Part shown: positions 33,202 to 43,666 of the stretch, piece by piece | Layout of the letters: every line of letters begins with the position of its first letter | Numbering within the stretch: the stretch's first letter is position 1 | Origin: a bacterium | Lineage (GTDB): Bacteria; SAR324; NAC60-12 | Assembly: GCA_965205865.1 (NCBI GenBank) | Contig: CBDBHR010000010.1 | Location: 32,001-96,000 of the forward strand | Direction: 5' to 3' | Length of the DNA: 64,000 nt | The notes under the pieces: generated by a model | Database searches by the model: none | What the model was told of the DNA's origin: nothing | What the model saw: only the letters and a program-made list of their open reading frames with translations | Position numbers and translations under genes: made by a program

Positions 33202-33881
33202 CGATACCACACGAAGACAATATCGCATCTGGTCAAGTATTCATTAATCTTGCGAATGAGATCACTGCCGCAATTCTCCTGACACTCGAAGCTGGCTGGG
33301 CGATTGCGTCAACTTATCCCGATGTAAATGCTGCTACAGGAGAGGTTGAGATTACTGAACGTCTCCGAGATGGTATGCGACAAGCGTTGAACAATAATAA
33401 ATTTCGCTGGAACTTGGAATTAAATATGGTCGTTCTTCCTGGCACTGAGTCCCGTTCGCAACTGGAAATTCTACACCCTGATGGCAGGACGGACATACCA
33501 ATATTTATGATCAAAATATTTCTGCAATACCAAGCGCACGACCCCCACGCGATTATCGAATGTAAACGTGTAGCAGGAAGCGACACCAATCTCTGTCGTC
33601 TATATGTTGTTGAAGGCATTGATCGTTTTCAAGCCGGTAAATATGCAGGAAACTACAGGGTCGGTTTCATGGTCGGATATCTTTTATCGGGCGATGCGGC
33701 CGCTGCTGTCTCAGGCATAAACCGGTATCTGACCAGCAAGGGGCGACAAGCACAACACCTTAAACTATCCAATATAATCAAGAAATCCTGGGTATGGGGC
33801 AGCAGCCATTCGCGAACAAATTCATCATCACCCATCGAGTTGAATCACGCTTTTTTAAGGCTCAATGCAGCGCCGTCTTGA
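33198..33881 (+). CDS. Hypothetical protein, putative PD-(D/E)XK nuclease
   Basis: EVEITERL...GRTDI...IIECKRV, YVVEGIDRF..GKY, GFMVGY; GTGA overlap with the methylase gene. Confidence 0.65.
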   Translation: MTIPHEDNIASGQVFINLANEITAAILLTLEAGWAIASTYPDVNAATGEVEITERLRDGMRQALNNNKFRWNLELNMVVLPGTESRSQLEILHPDGRTDIPIFMIKIFLQYQAHDPHAIIECKRVAGSDTNLCRLYVVEGIDRFQAGKYAGNYRVGFMVGYLLSGDAAAAVSGINRYLTSKGRQAQHLKLSNIIKKSWVWGSSHSRTNSSSPIELNHAFLRLNAAPS

Positions 33882-33908
33882 GCTTAGCTGTTCTGACCAT
33901 CGCAGAAT

Positions 33909-34010
33909 TTATAACTCGCCTTTGAAGGCTTTGTCGAGTATGGCGGGAAGTATTGCGTCGAGTTCTTTCTGATTATCTGATTGGGCGTTTATTATGTCGG
34001 ATACTTTAGT
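33909..34010 (-). pseudogene. C-terminal remnant of a type I R-M specificity subunit (HsdS)
   Basis: Manual translation ...AQSDNQKELDAILPAILDKAFKGEL*. Confidence 0.7.
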
Positions 34011-34396
34011 CTATTAGAAGGGGGTCAGGCTTGCAAGTTTGCAAATTTAAGAAAACATTTTTAGGTTGAGTTCTTTTAACCGCTCTTGGAGATTTGTGGA
34101 TTCCTTCAATCTTTCTCTCAACTTATGTGCGCCACGACTGACAGTAGAATCATCTCGATTGAGAGCATTTGCCACTTCTCGGATTGTTGCAGATTTCCAA
34201 TCGAAGACTGATAAAAGCGTCGAGAGTCGCAGTCATCGAAAAAAAAACGTTGGCCCCCATCGCCTCAACGTATCACATGATAAAGCGTACCAGAGTCGTA
34301 CAAACGCGTTTTCCGAGACATCTTAGCAAATTGAAAAAGGTTAAAATTTAAAGAATACCCATTTCGTGCATGACCACCTTATACCTACCCACCGAA

Positions 34397-35308
34397 CTAT
34401 AGGCCATATGATGCTTGTTTTTCGAATAACATCAATTGCTTATACCTTATCGGCTCTTGGTATTCATAATCTGATGTATCGTAGTTAGTGACAATTGCTT
34501 CTATCATTGGATTGCGATTCTTTTCGCTACCACCAACATGATAGAAATGCTTTCGAGTTAAAACGTGAAAATTACCCCATAGAGTATTTATATAATCGTT
34601 TTTTCTAAAATCATTGTGATGCCATGTGGACAATATAAATTTACTTTCTGCATTTGATAAGGCCTGACACAGATTTTCTTCATGCTTTCCATTCCATCCA
34701 TTGTAATAATCAACATGTCTATCAATGTAGGGTGGATCGCAGTATATAATATCGTTACTCCCACTTTGAGAAATGGTTATATCAAAAGGCTGACACTTAA
34801 ATGAAAAATCCCTAGTTCTTAGTAACTTAGCTACATGAGCAACTTGATTTACTATTTTCGTTACATACGCCTGTGCAAATCTTTGAGGTTTTCGGCAAAA
34901 TGGGATATTGAATTGCCCTTTTCGATTGAAACGAATCATCCCATTAAAACCAGCCCTATTGAGAAACAAAAAATCCAATGGTTGATGTTCTTTGTTAAAT
35001 CGTTCTCTTATTTCGTAATAATGAGATTCGCCTACCTCTAAAAGCTTTGCGCCTTCCCGGTTTAAAAAATCTCTAACTATTTCATGTGTGATATTTCCAT
35101 TAGATATAGATTTATAAAAATTAATTAAATGCGGATTTGTATCACAAAGTAGCACGTGACTTGGCGCAAGATTGAAGGCAACAACGCCAGTGCCCATAAA
35201 TGGTTCTATCCATAAGCCATTAAAATCATGCGGAATTATACTTTTTATCCAAGGAACAAGCTTTGTCTTTATTCCTTGTGATTTTATTGGTGGTACGTTG
35301 ACTTTCAT
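34397..35308 (-). CDS. DNA adenine methyltransferase, M.EcoRV-like (Dam family)
   Basis: [47 protein letters not shown], close to M.EcoRV as I recall it. Confidence 0.92.
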   Translation of the reverse strand: MKVNVPPIKSQGIKTKLVPWIKSIIPHDFNGLWIEPFMGTGVVAFNLAPSHVLLCDTNPHLINFYKSISNGNITHEIVRDFLNREGAKLLEVGESHYYEIRERFNKEHQPLDFLFLNRAGFNGMIRFNRKGQFNIPFCRKPQRFAQAYVTKIVNQVAHVAKLLRTRDFSFKCQPFDITISQSGSNDIIYCDPPYIDRHVDYYNGWNGKHEENLCQALSNAESKFILSTWHHNDFRKNDYINTLWGNFHVLTRKHFYHVGGSEKNRNPMIEAIVTNYDTSDYEYQEPIRYKQLMLFEKQASYGL

Positions 35309-36150
35309 CTCTCGGCCTTTCCGCGTATTCGGTTGTGTTTTGGGACAATTTTCGATATATCGCCCTTGCGGTATTCGACAAAATCCCTTAGCGAAGTGAT
35401 CTTTTTCGTACCGCCTTGCTCTTCTGTAATGGTGATTTTATTATAGTTCATCCAATAATCATCAAACCATGATTCGCCTAGCTTTGAAAACATGCCATTT
35501 TCATTGAAAATATCATCTATGTTGTTGATACTGCCTATATTTGCTGTATTCCCACTGCCACTCTTATCACTTGCAATTTTCCATTTTTCCACATTAAAAA
35601 ATTGAAAATCCTTCACCACTGAAGAGATTGAATGCATCTCACTTATTTTGTAGATTTTTGTTTCGTCAACACTAGAGTCATCCAAACGATTATAGATAAT
35701 CCCCAAACAGAAATGTCCTGAATATGTATTATATGGGAATTGAATGTTCTTTTTGCTTGTTCGGTCTTCAAAATATTTACCATGAGAACCAAGCGTAAAA
35801 CCGTTGCATAGATATGGCTTATCGGGATTTCGATAAGTAGTCTTGAAGTCTACTGCAAACTTTATCTTTTCATTATCGGCTTTTACGAAAGAAATGTCAG
35901 GATAATAGTTCTGATGTTCAGCAAGAACAATTTTGTATCCGTGCTCCTTCGCAAACTCCACGATTTTCGGAAACATATGAATTTCGAGTATTTTTGACAC
36001 AATTTTTGTATCGGTGGAAATTGTATAAACGTTTTGAAACACATCAACAAAGCCTTTGATAGTCCATTGTCCATCTTTTGTGCTGATATATTCTTGCAGC
36101 CCAACAACAAATTCATTAAGATGAGCCCCAAATTTTTCTTTCGTTAACAT
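35305..36150 (-). CDS. Type II restriction endonuclease, EcoRV family
   Basis: [52 protein letters not shown] coupling to the MTase gene; low GC. Confidence 0.88.
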   Translation of the reverse strand: MLTKEKFGAHLNEFVVGLQEYISTKDGQWTIKGFVDVFQNVYTISTDTKIVSKILEIHMFPKIVEFAKEHGYKIVLAEHQNYYPDISFVKADNEKIKFAVDFKTTYRNPDKPYLCNGFTLGSHGKYFEDRTSKKNIQFPYNTYSGHFCLGIIYNRLDDSSVDETKIYKISEMHSISSVVKDFQFFNVEKWKIASDKSGSGNTANIGSINNIDDIFNENGMFSKLGESWFDDYWMNYNKITITEEQGGTKKITSLRDFVEYRKGDISKIVPKHNRIRGKAER

Positions 36151-36350
36151 GTGTTTCCGATACTTCTTTTTTTGCAACATATAGCATTTAATCAATAATG
36201 GTCTGATTGCACATTCATTTATCCTAGCACAAATTTCTGCAACCATTTCGGTTAAAATGCGTTTTCACGGAACTGTTTTTAGGGAGCTTACCGTGTATTT
36301 TGCTATTTTTATTGTATAAGGGAGGAAGAGCGAGAAAGCGAGTAAAAGGA

Positions 36351-37733
36351 GAGCTATAATCGAATCTGGTGTTTGAGGAATTGAAAAAAGGCGGCATATC
36401 TGGTTGACTAGAATTTTCGAATATCAATCAACCAAATAAAAAGGATATGCCACTATGGGAAAGAACAGCATTTTAGAGTTCGATAATAAAGAAAGTGTTT
36501 CAGATGTTCTGAACGAGTTGTTACGAGACGGGGCACAGCAATTAATACGTCAGGCTGTAGAAACAGAATTGAGCGAGTATTTGTCTCAGCATCAACGCAT
36601 AGCCGATGATGGAAGGCTTGCGTTGGTACGCAACGGCTACCTGCCAAAACGAGAAATCCTGACAGGTATAGGCCCAGTCAGTGTCCGCATCCCCAAGGTA
36701 CGTTCAAAAGATGGGAAGGCACTGACTTTCCGTTCTGCCTTGGTTCCGCCCTATGTCAGAAAAACCAGATCCCTGGAAGCAGCATTACCATGGCTGTACC
36801 TGAAAGGTGTTTCTACCGGAGAGATGGAGGAAGCATTAAAAGTCCTGGTCGGTCATGATGCACTGGGCCTCTCAGCCAGCACTGTCTCACGCCTCAAGAG
36901 TGAATGGGCAAATGAATATCATCATTGGCGGGAGGCACCACTGGATGAAGACCGCTGGGCCTATGTCTGGGTAGATGGCATCTATTCAGGTCTTCGATCC
37001 GAGAAAGATAAACTTTGCGCATTGGTTATCATTGGAGTCAACGAAAGAGGTCAGAAACGTTTTTTAGCCATCGAAGATGGTGTACGAGAGTCCACTCAGA
37101 GTTGGAGAGAAGTTCTGCTGAAACTCAAAAGCCGTGGCATGAATGTTCCTCAGTTAGCTATTGGTGATGGAGCCATGGGGTTTTGGGCTGCCATGGATGA
37201 AGTATATCCTCAGACACGTCATCAGCGCTGCTGGGTACACAAAACAGCTAATATCCTTAACTCTCTGCCCAAAAGCTCACAGCCTAAAGCTAAAGAGGCG
37301 ATACATGAAATCTGGCAGGCAGAGACTAAAATCAATGCGGAGAAAGCCTTTGAACTCTTCATTGAAACCTATCAGGATAAATATCCAAAGGCCACCCTTT
37401 CTCTACAGCAAGATCGTGAAGAGTTACTGGCCTTTTATGATTTCCCTGCTAAACATTGGCAGAGTATACGAACCAGCAACCCGATTGAATCCACCTTTGG
37501 TACCATAAGGCACAGAACTAAAAGATCAAAGGGCTGTCTCAATCGTGAAGGAATGCTGCACATGATGTTTAAGCTGGGACAATGCGCAGAAAAGAATTGG
37601 AGAAAGTTACGTGGCTTTGATTACCTGGCAAAGGTGATTGAAGGTGTACAATTCTCTGATGGAATCGAGGTGATTCCTGAAATCCGGATTGCCGCTTGAT
37701 TTTTAACTCAAACACCACTTTTGACAATAACTC
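36351..37733 (+). mobile_element. IS256-family element, intact transposase 36455-37699
   Basis: WVDGIY, IGDGAMG, QRCWVHK, TSNPIES; imperfect IRs GAGCTATAATCGAATCTGGTGTTTGAG / CTCAAACACCACTTTTGACAATAACTC; 9-bp TSD GTAAAAGGA (36342-36350, 37734-37742). Confidence 0.95.
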
Positions 37734-37825
37734 GTAAAAGGAAGAGCCGTTGGCGTAAAATCTGATGGTATAGAAGACATACTGATATTGATTTTTATGA
37801 CATTCAACTACAAAACGAAATAATT

Positions 37826-38740
37826 AGTGTCTGGCAGAAAAATACAATTTTACTAATAGTGAGGTGTGGAATTCGCGAGAACATCTGTTTTTGAACAAGC
37901 CATATTTTAGAGAATTGAAGCTATTTTTCTTTGGGATCCCTAATTTTTTGTTCCCCCCCCCCTCCCGGCCTCCCCTCTTGTTTCAGAATGGGGAGTCGTC
38001 CTTTGGTTCAGGCCGCTTTTTTGTAGGGTCCTCGTTTACGACGCTGCCGTTCTTTTTGCTGTTCACGCAGGACGGTGCCGAGACGGTGGATATTTTTTGC
38101 AAGCACAGCCAGAGCGACATAGCGTTCGAACCCCTTGATTCCATGATCCGGATATCGGTCGAGTCCTTGCGCTGCCAGAGCGTTGATGGCGGATTCGACC
38201 GCAGAGTGTTGGCGGCGCAGGAGTTTGAATTCCCGGGAATCTTCTCTTTGCCGGTCTGCTTGGCTCAGCCTGCCTTTTTTGGGAAGTACGACAAGATCCG
38301 GCAGTGCTTTGAGTTCACGCTGATTCTGTGGGCTGTGGGCGCCCTTGTCCCAACTCACGACCGCAAGCTCGGGGAAGCGTTTTTTGGTTTCTTCGACGAT
38401 TTCCACGGCCACCTTCTCATCGCTCTGCCTGCGCATCACCTGATGGTTAAGGATGAATTGATGCTGCTCCTCGATGAGGTTGACCCTGAGTCCGAGTTCC
38501 ACCGGCACTCCCCCCTTGCCCTTGCTGATCCACTCGGTGTGGGGCTCGAAGATGGAGAAGATTTTTTCATGATGAGGGATGGTTTCGTTGAGGCGCACCC
38601 TGCGGATGATTTGGCTCATGATTTTTTTTTGCAGAGCCCATGTACTCCCGCAAGCGCAGCAGTTTCAAGGGGGAGCGCACCCGTTTTTCCAAAAGTTCCA
38701 GGCTCGTCTGGGCCCGCAGGTGATACGCTTGGGCCATAAG
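37826..38740 (-). mobile_element. Truncated ISNCY/IS5-like transposase (C-terminal half) with probable element end
   Basis: EKIFSIFEPHTEWISKGK, WDKG, RRQHSAVESAINAL; frameshift in the A-run at ~38625; end-like TTTTCTGCCAGACACTA near 37826. Confidence 0.75.
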
Positions 38741-38910
38741 GACGAATTTGAGATATTCCTTGCGCCTCTCTTCTTCAAGGTGAAAATGGATTAAAATTTA
38801 GTGTCACTAGACTTTGCGTATGTGATCTTGTATGCTTGTATCATAAGCTTCGCAACGTGATATATCCGATCTATACATCGTTTATTCAAATTCTTTCAAA
38901 CAGGAAAATT

Positions 38911-39138
38911 ATGCTAGTAACAGTCAATGTCCCTGACAATATTCCTAGAAAAGAACTCGAAATCAGAATCAAAGAATTTGAAGAAAGTTTGGCAAATGAA
39001 GTAAAGAAAGAAGAGAAAAAGGGAGTATTAATTGAAACACTAGATAAATTACGATCTAAAGGAACTTTCAAGGGGATTAAAGACCCCATTGCATGGCAAA
39101 AAGAAATAAGGAGAGATCGTGTCTTATCTGATCGATAG
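38911..39138 (+). CDS. Putative antitoxin upstream of a PIN toxin gene
   Basis: Small charged protein ending IKDPIAWQKEIRRDR; overlaps the downstream PIN gene. Confidence 0.65.
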   Translation: MLVTVNVPDNIPRKELEIRIKEFEESLANEVKKEEKKGVLIETLDKLRSKGTFKGIKDPIAWQKEIRRDRVLSDR

Positions 39139-39505
39139 TAATATTTTCATTTATGCAGGTAATGCCACTTCAGATGAAGAAAAAGCCTACCAGTTCTTAA
39201 CGGATTTAGCTTCATTTTACTTTGCGTCTGTAACAAAGATTGAGGTATTAGGATATCATGAGCTTGACGCGGAAGATAAGAAAATTCTTGAGTCAATGTT
39301 CATTAAAGGGAGAGAAATTCCGCTTTCTTAAAAAGTAAAGGATAAAGCTATTGAACTGAAGCAAGAAAGGAAAATGTCTTTAGGAGATTCGATTATTGCA
39401 GCTTCCGCTCTTATACATAACGCAATACTTGTTACACGTAATGTCGATGATTTTACTCATATCGATGATTTGCAACATTTGAATCCGTATAAACCAACGG
39501 AATAA
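39119..39505 (+). pseudogene. vapC: VapC/PIN toxin with an internal TAA (39329-39331)
   Basis: YLIDSNIFIY...EIPLS*KVKDKAIELKQERKMSLGDSIIAASALIHNAILVTRNVDDF, all in one frame. Confidence 0.85.
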
Positions 39506-39535
39506 CACCGTTAAAAAAAACAAAATACCAAAACA

Positions 39536-40321
39536 CGCTCGAATCGGGATAGGAAGGGGTTTTTCTCCCCTCCCTCCCACACCACCCCGCATACGGGTCC
39601 GTACGGGGCGATTCCCAAAGAGTGTCGGGCCGTAGCCGGACCAGATTTGCAGCCACAAACCTGTACGTTTATTCGTCCCACAACGCACCTATTTTAATCA
39701 TCTCCACCGGTCGGCTTCATCAATGTACAGAGCATATGGGATAGAGCGTTCTCTTGGGTTCGGGCCTTCACTCTCCAGGAGCTACTATGCCCTCGGCTGA
39801 CTTCTGACCGCCTTCGTTGCCGATTACTCGACACCGCGCTACCTGAGACAAACGAGAAGAAGGAGAGTGATGCGCAAGAGAGGAATTAACCGCTCCTGGC
39901 TCTTCTAGTCTTCATCTCACTATCTCCGACCGCATCACGATCAGATCTCCCCGGGTAAGAGCATGAACTTTCCCTACACAATCGCAGCATTTACCATCCT
40001 CCTTAATCCGAGTGGACATCGCAATGTCGTGCTTGCTCGCCCCGAAGTTCAGCCTTATATGCTGTTTCTGTCCGTCGACTCGTAGGTTTGCGCTCAGGCT
40101 TCCTCCGCACGGCTCGTCACCTCCCCGCACTTGCCCTCGGCTAGTACTTTTTAAAGTTGTAATCACAAGCTGACTAGTATACTTTTCGGATAATGTACAG
40201 GGGACTCACACCCCATAAGTTCATGCCCATGCCGGGCACACACAAGCTGCTTGAGGTCGAAATTTGGGGCGGCGTTTGTACCTCACTCTGCCCCAAAGTC
40301 GCCTCAGCTGTTCGATTAGAC
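39536..40321 (+). other. attC-like integron recombination site split by the intron
   Basis: Removing the intron gives CTCGA|ACAAGCTGCTTGAGGTCGAAATTTGGGGC...GCCCCAAAGTCGCCTCAGCTGTTCGATTAGAC, an imperfect palindrome directly after a gene stop; the R' box is degenerate. Confidence 0.65.
39543..40241 (-). mobile_element. Group IIC intron (attC-targeting type) lacking an RT/maturase ORF
   Basis: 5' GTGTGCCCGGCATGGGCATG; DIII-like AAGTCAGCCGAGGGCATAGTAG...GAAGGCCCGAAC; DV GAATCGCCCCGTACGGACCCGTATGCGGGGTGGTGTGGGAGG; DVI ending CCTATCCCGAT; exon junction TTGT/T. Confidence 0.88.
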
Positions 40322-40606
40322 CCTTCGTGTCCCAGTCCAGCTCTCCATCGGGGCACGATGGGGATGTCCCTCAAAATTCATTTCGGGACCGCCGGCAGAG
40401 GCGGTCCAGCGCACGCCATTGGCGAACACCTGACGAATCTCGGGCTAGTGATACTTGTTCTGCATTGTGATTCAATTTCCTGATGGGAGAGGATATTCGG
40501 TCACTGCTCGAGCAATGACCGAGAAGGAGAAACGACGTTTTATACAACGGAAGAAACAATGAAAAAGCTAAAAATTGCCGGGTTAATTTGTCTTGGAAAG
40601 TATCTT

Positions 40607-41380
40607 TCAGACGAGTTCCAAGGCAATCTGCCGCATTCCCCATGTGATATCGGATTCTTCCCTTGATTGTCGTCTCAAATCGTCAAGATCAGACTGGAGT
40701 TGTTGAATAGAGGCAGGGGAATAGTTCGCCTCAATGAAAGGGCTGGCTTTCCAAGTCTGGATATTCAAATAAAACATGGCAGCAGCACGAGCCGTGGAGA
40801 CCTTTAATTGACGGACTACATTGCTGCGTTTCTTCAGGCTCTCAGTATCTTCAAGGCTATTCAATAGGGGGCCGATATAAAGTCGGTTGGCTTGCTGATC
40901 CAGAATCGTCTCCAGAATGCGGAGATAAGTCGCCAAAGTAGTATGTTTTGTCTGAATCCACTCCACTTCCTCCATCAGCAACTGCCTTCCCGGACTAAGC
41001 TGGCTTGCCCATTTGGCAATCAACTTTCGAGGATCTTTTATGTGCGAGAGCAGAAATCGGCAATAAAGTAAGTCGCAGGGTCCCACTGGGAAAGGGAGGG
41101 AGGTGATGTCGTGGTGATAAAATAAAACGCTGCTGGATGCAGTTTGTCGAGCAAGCGCAATGAAGCGTGCCGAATTATCGATCCCCGCGACATGTTGGCA
41201 TTGGAGGACTTCAGCTAAGTGATGGGTGGAAAATCCTGGTCCACATCCCAGGTCTACAGCCAATTGCGTAGGGCCGACTGTGACCTCCTGAAGAAAGAGT
41301 TTACTGGACTCGTCAAATACGTTGGCGAGCAATTCAAGCCTGTGAGCGGCCAGGTCTGTATCACCAAAGAGATAAGGCAT
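40607..41380 (-). CDS. Class I SAM-dependent methyltransferase
   Basis: VDLGCGPG, GIDNS, DLLYCRFLLSH. Confidence 0.88.
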   Translation of the reverse strand: MPYLFGDTDLAAHRLELLANVFDESSKLFLQEVTVGPTQLAVDLGCGPGFSTHHLAEVLQCQHVAGIDNSARFIALARQTASSSVLFYHHDITSLPFPVGPCDLLYCRFLLSHIKDPRKLIAKWASQLSPGRQLLMEEVEWIQTKHTTLATYLRILETILDQQANRLYIGPLLNSLEDTESLKKRSNVVRQLKVSTARAAAMFYLNIQTWKASPFIEANYSPASIQQLQSDLDDLRRQSREESDITWGMRQIALELV

Positions 41381-41478
41381 GAAAATTTTATGATGAAACT
41401 CAACAGTACAAAAAATGATTGCAAATCATTTTAGAATTGTAGCATAATCTGATTTTGTTCCAATCGCTTCTAATTCTT

Positions 41479-42702
41479 ATGCCCAAAGAGCCTCTCACTC
41501 ACCCCCCGAACGAAGTTGATGGTAGTCTTTTACAAATCCTTCCTTTGTTCCTGATTTTCTTTCTGATGGTGATGGACTACCTGGTGATGATTCCCTTGGG
41601 TCCGGACATCTCAAAGAGCATTGGTCTCGCCCCTGAATATAGTGGTTATTTGATTGCAGTCTACCCCTTGTCTTCTGCCATTTCCGCACTCATCTTGGCT
41701 CCTTTTTCAGATCGCTGGGGTCGCAAAAAAATGTTGGTAATGCTTTCTGCAGGATTCTGCCTGGCGACCTTTGGATGCGCTTTTTCCTTCAATGTCGTAT
41801 CCATGTTGACATTCCGCATTCTCTCCGGCATTTTTGGTGGACCCATCATGCCCAACCTGATGGCATATTCTGGGGATTTGTTTCATGGAGAAAAGCGCAC
41901 CAAGGCGATCACCACAGTGATGCTGGCCTTTGCGACTTCGAGTATCTTAGGTGTGCCTTTCGGCGCATGGATTGGCGAAAGGTTTTCCTGGGAAACTGCG
42001 TTTTTCATAATTGGAACCGCCGCCTTTTTTTCGATTCTGGGATTGATGAAAATCCGCTCGGTTGGCACCGGGATCAAGCAGGGAAAAATCATTTCCCAGT
42101 ATGTCGAGTTGTTCCAATTGTGGACCATCAAAGAAGTGCGAAAATTGTTTTATATACGTATTTTCATGACGGTTGGCATGTTTGGTTTGATGCCCAATAT
42201 CGGTATCTGGCTGACTTTGAATATGGGGATGAACGCCACAGAGATCGGGTTGTGCTATATGCAGGGTGGAATTGGCGCAGTGCTGGGAATCCAGTTATCC
42301 GGTTGGCTCTCGCGGGTGATTTCCAGACCGGCAGTGATCAGTCTGGGTTGCATATTCATGGGGGTCGTGATGTTGCTTTTCACCAATCTCACTTTTCCCG
42401 GAAAACTGGCAGGAATATTTCTGGCAGGTCTCATGTTTGGAGGCTCGATGAGAATGCCGGCGTTCCAACTGATCATGACAGAAGCGGCTCCTATCTATTT
42501 ACGGGGACGTCTGATGTCGATGATCATGATTGTCGGCAGCCTTTCCATGGGATTGGGCGGCCTCTGGGCCACACCACTCCTCACTATCGAAAATGGTAAG
42601 CTCCAGGGGGTGCCTCTTATTGGCGGCATCACCTTCCTCACTCTCTTGGCTGTCATACCATTGGTGTATTCTCTGCGAAAACATCCAGTGTCCAATCTTT
42701 AA
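41479..42702 (+). CDS. MFS transporter
   Basis: About 12 TM segments; SDRWGRKK motif A. Confidence 0.9.
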   Translation: MPKEPLTHPPNEVDGSLLQILPLFLIFFLMVMDYLVMIPLGPDISKSIGLAPEYSGYLIAVYPLSSAISALILAPFSDRWGRKKMLVMLSAGFCLATFGCAFSFNVVSMLTFRILSGIFGGPIMPNLMAYSGDLFHGEKRTKAITTVMLAFATSSILGVPFGAWIGERFSWETAFFIIGTAAFFSILGLMKIRSVGTGIKQGKIISQYVELFQLWTIKEVRKLFYIRIFMTVGMFGLMPNIGIWLTLNMGMNATEIGLCYMQGGIGAVLGIQLSGWLSRVISRPAVISLGCIFMGVVMLLFTNLTFPGKLAGIFLAGLMFGGSMRMPAFQLIMTEAAPIYLRGRLMSMIMIVGSLSMGLGGLWATPLLTIENGKLQGVPLIGGITFLTLLAVIPLVYSLRKHPVSNL

Positions 42703-42800
42703 ATAAAATGAGTTTCCAAAAAAATATTTGTTGTTTAAAATACTCTTGACACGTCTGCAAGAGATTATAATTTGAGTTTTTTTACGCAAAGGAGTTTGAA

Positions 42801-43583
42801 ATGAATGAAAATCGAATCAAAGCAATGTGGAAAGAAGGCAAGTCGGCGGTTCAAGTATGGAGTTGGACAGGCCATCCGGAAATTTGCAAGATATTGGCAA
42901 AGGCGGGTTTCGACGCGGTCTGTCTGGACTGGCAACATGGTCTTGGCGTAACCGAACAGTCGTTGGTGAACTGCATCCAGGCCATCAATACAGTACCCGG
43001 AGTAGCGGCGCTCGTCAGACTGCCCAAGGGGGATGCCTACTACATTTCTCATGTTCTGGATGCAGGAGCGGCCGGGGTAATCGTACCAATGGTGAACACG
43101 CCGGAAGAGGCCAAATCCGCGGGACTTGCCTGTCGCTTTTCTCCTACGGGAATTCGCAGTTTAGCCCATACGCCATTCATCAAACCTGGTGAGACGGTTG
43201 AAGAATATACGACCCGCGCCAATGAGGAGATTATTTGTTTGGTCATGATTGAAACCCGACAAGCCATTGAAAACATTGAAAGTATTTGCAATGCGCCCGG
43301 CATTGATGGAGTATACATTGGACCCTATGACTTATCCCTGGACATGGAGGTACCGACTTCCGCTTGGTATAATGATGAGCGGCATCTGGCCGTTGTAAAA
43401 CGTATCATTCAGGTTGCCGAGAATGCCTGTATCATTGCCGGACATCATGGATCCGGGCCTGCAATATCAGCAAAATTTGTCAAAATGGGTGCTAAGACGT
43501 GCCAAATTGGGACTGATTCCCTTATCTTGTCGGGAGCATTACGCGCATCCTTGAAGGCATTTCAAGAGGCACTTGAAGAATAA
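42801..43583 (+). CDS. HpcH/HpaI family aldolase
   Basis: LDWQHG, LDAGAAGVIVPMV, MIET, IGPYDLS. Confidence 0.9.
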   Translation: MNENRIKAMWKEGKSAVQVWSWTGHPEICKILAKAGFDAVCLDWQHGLGVTEQSLVNCIQAINTVPGVAALVRLPKGDAYYISHVLDAGAAGVIVPMVNTPEEAKSAGLACRFSPTGIRSLAHTPFIKPGETVEEYTTRANEEIICLVMIETRQAIENIESICNAPGIDGVYIGPYDLSLDMEVPTSAWYNDERHLAVVKRIIQVAENACIIAGHHGSGPAISAKFVKMGAKTCQIGTDSLILSGALRASLKAFQEALEE

Positions 43584-43666
43584 TGAATCCTCCTTTGGCC
43601 AAGTGCGAAGGTGGCAGAACTCGACAAGCATTCCCTGCTTGGCCAATCTTTGATTTCTCCCAGGAT

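Noticed and set aside
37864-38739. 291-aa plus-strand ORF, and similar long shadow ORFs (e.g. 41775-42599, 56370-57146)
   Set aside because: They are antisense or alternate-frame overlaps of well-supported genes and carry no motifs of their own.
15300-40600. Prophage or ICE integrated at tRNA-Arg
   Set aside because: No integrase, phage structural or conjugation genes, and no repeated tRNA 3' end was found by eye.
42746-42771. TTGACA...TATAAT sigma70 promoter before the aldolase
   Set aside because: The spacer is only 14 bp, too short for a canonical promoter.
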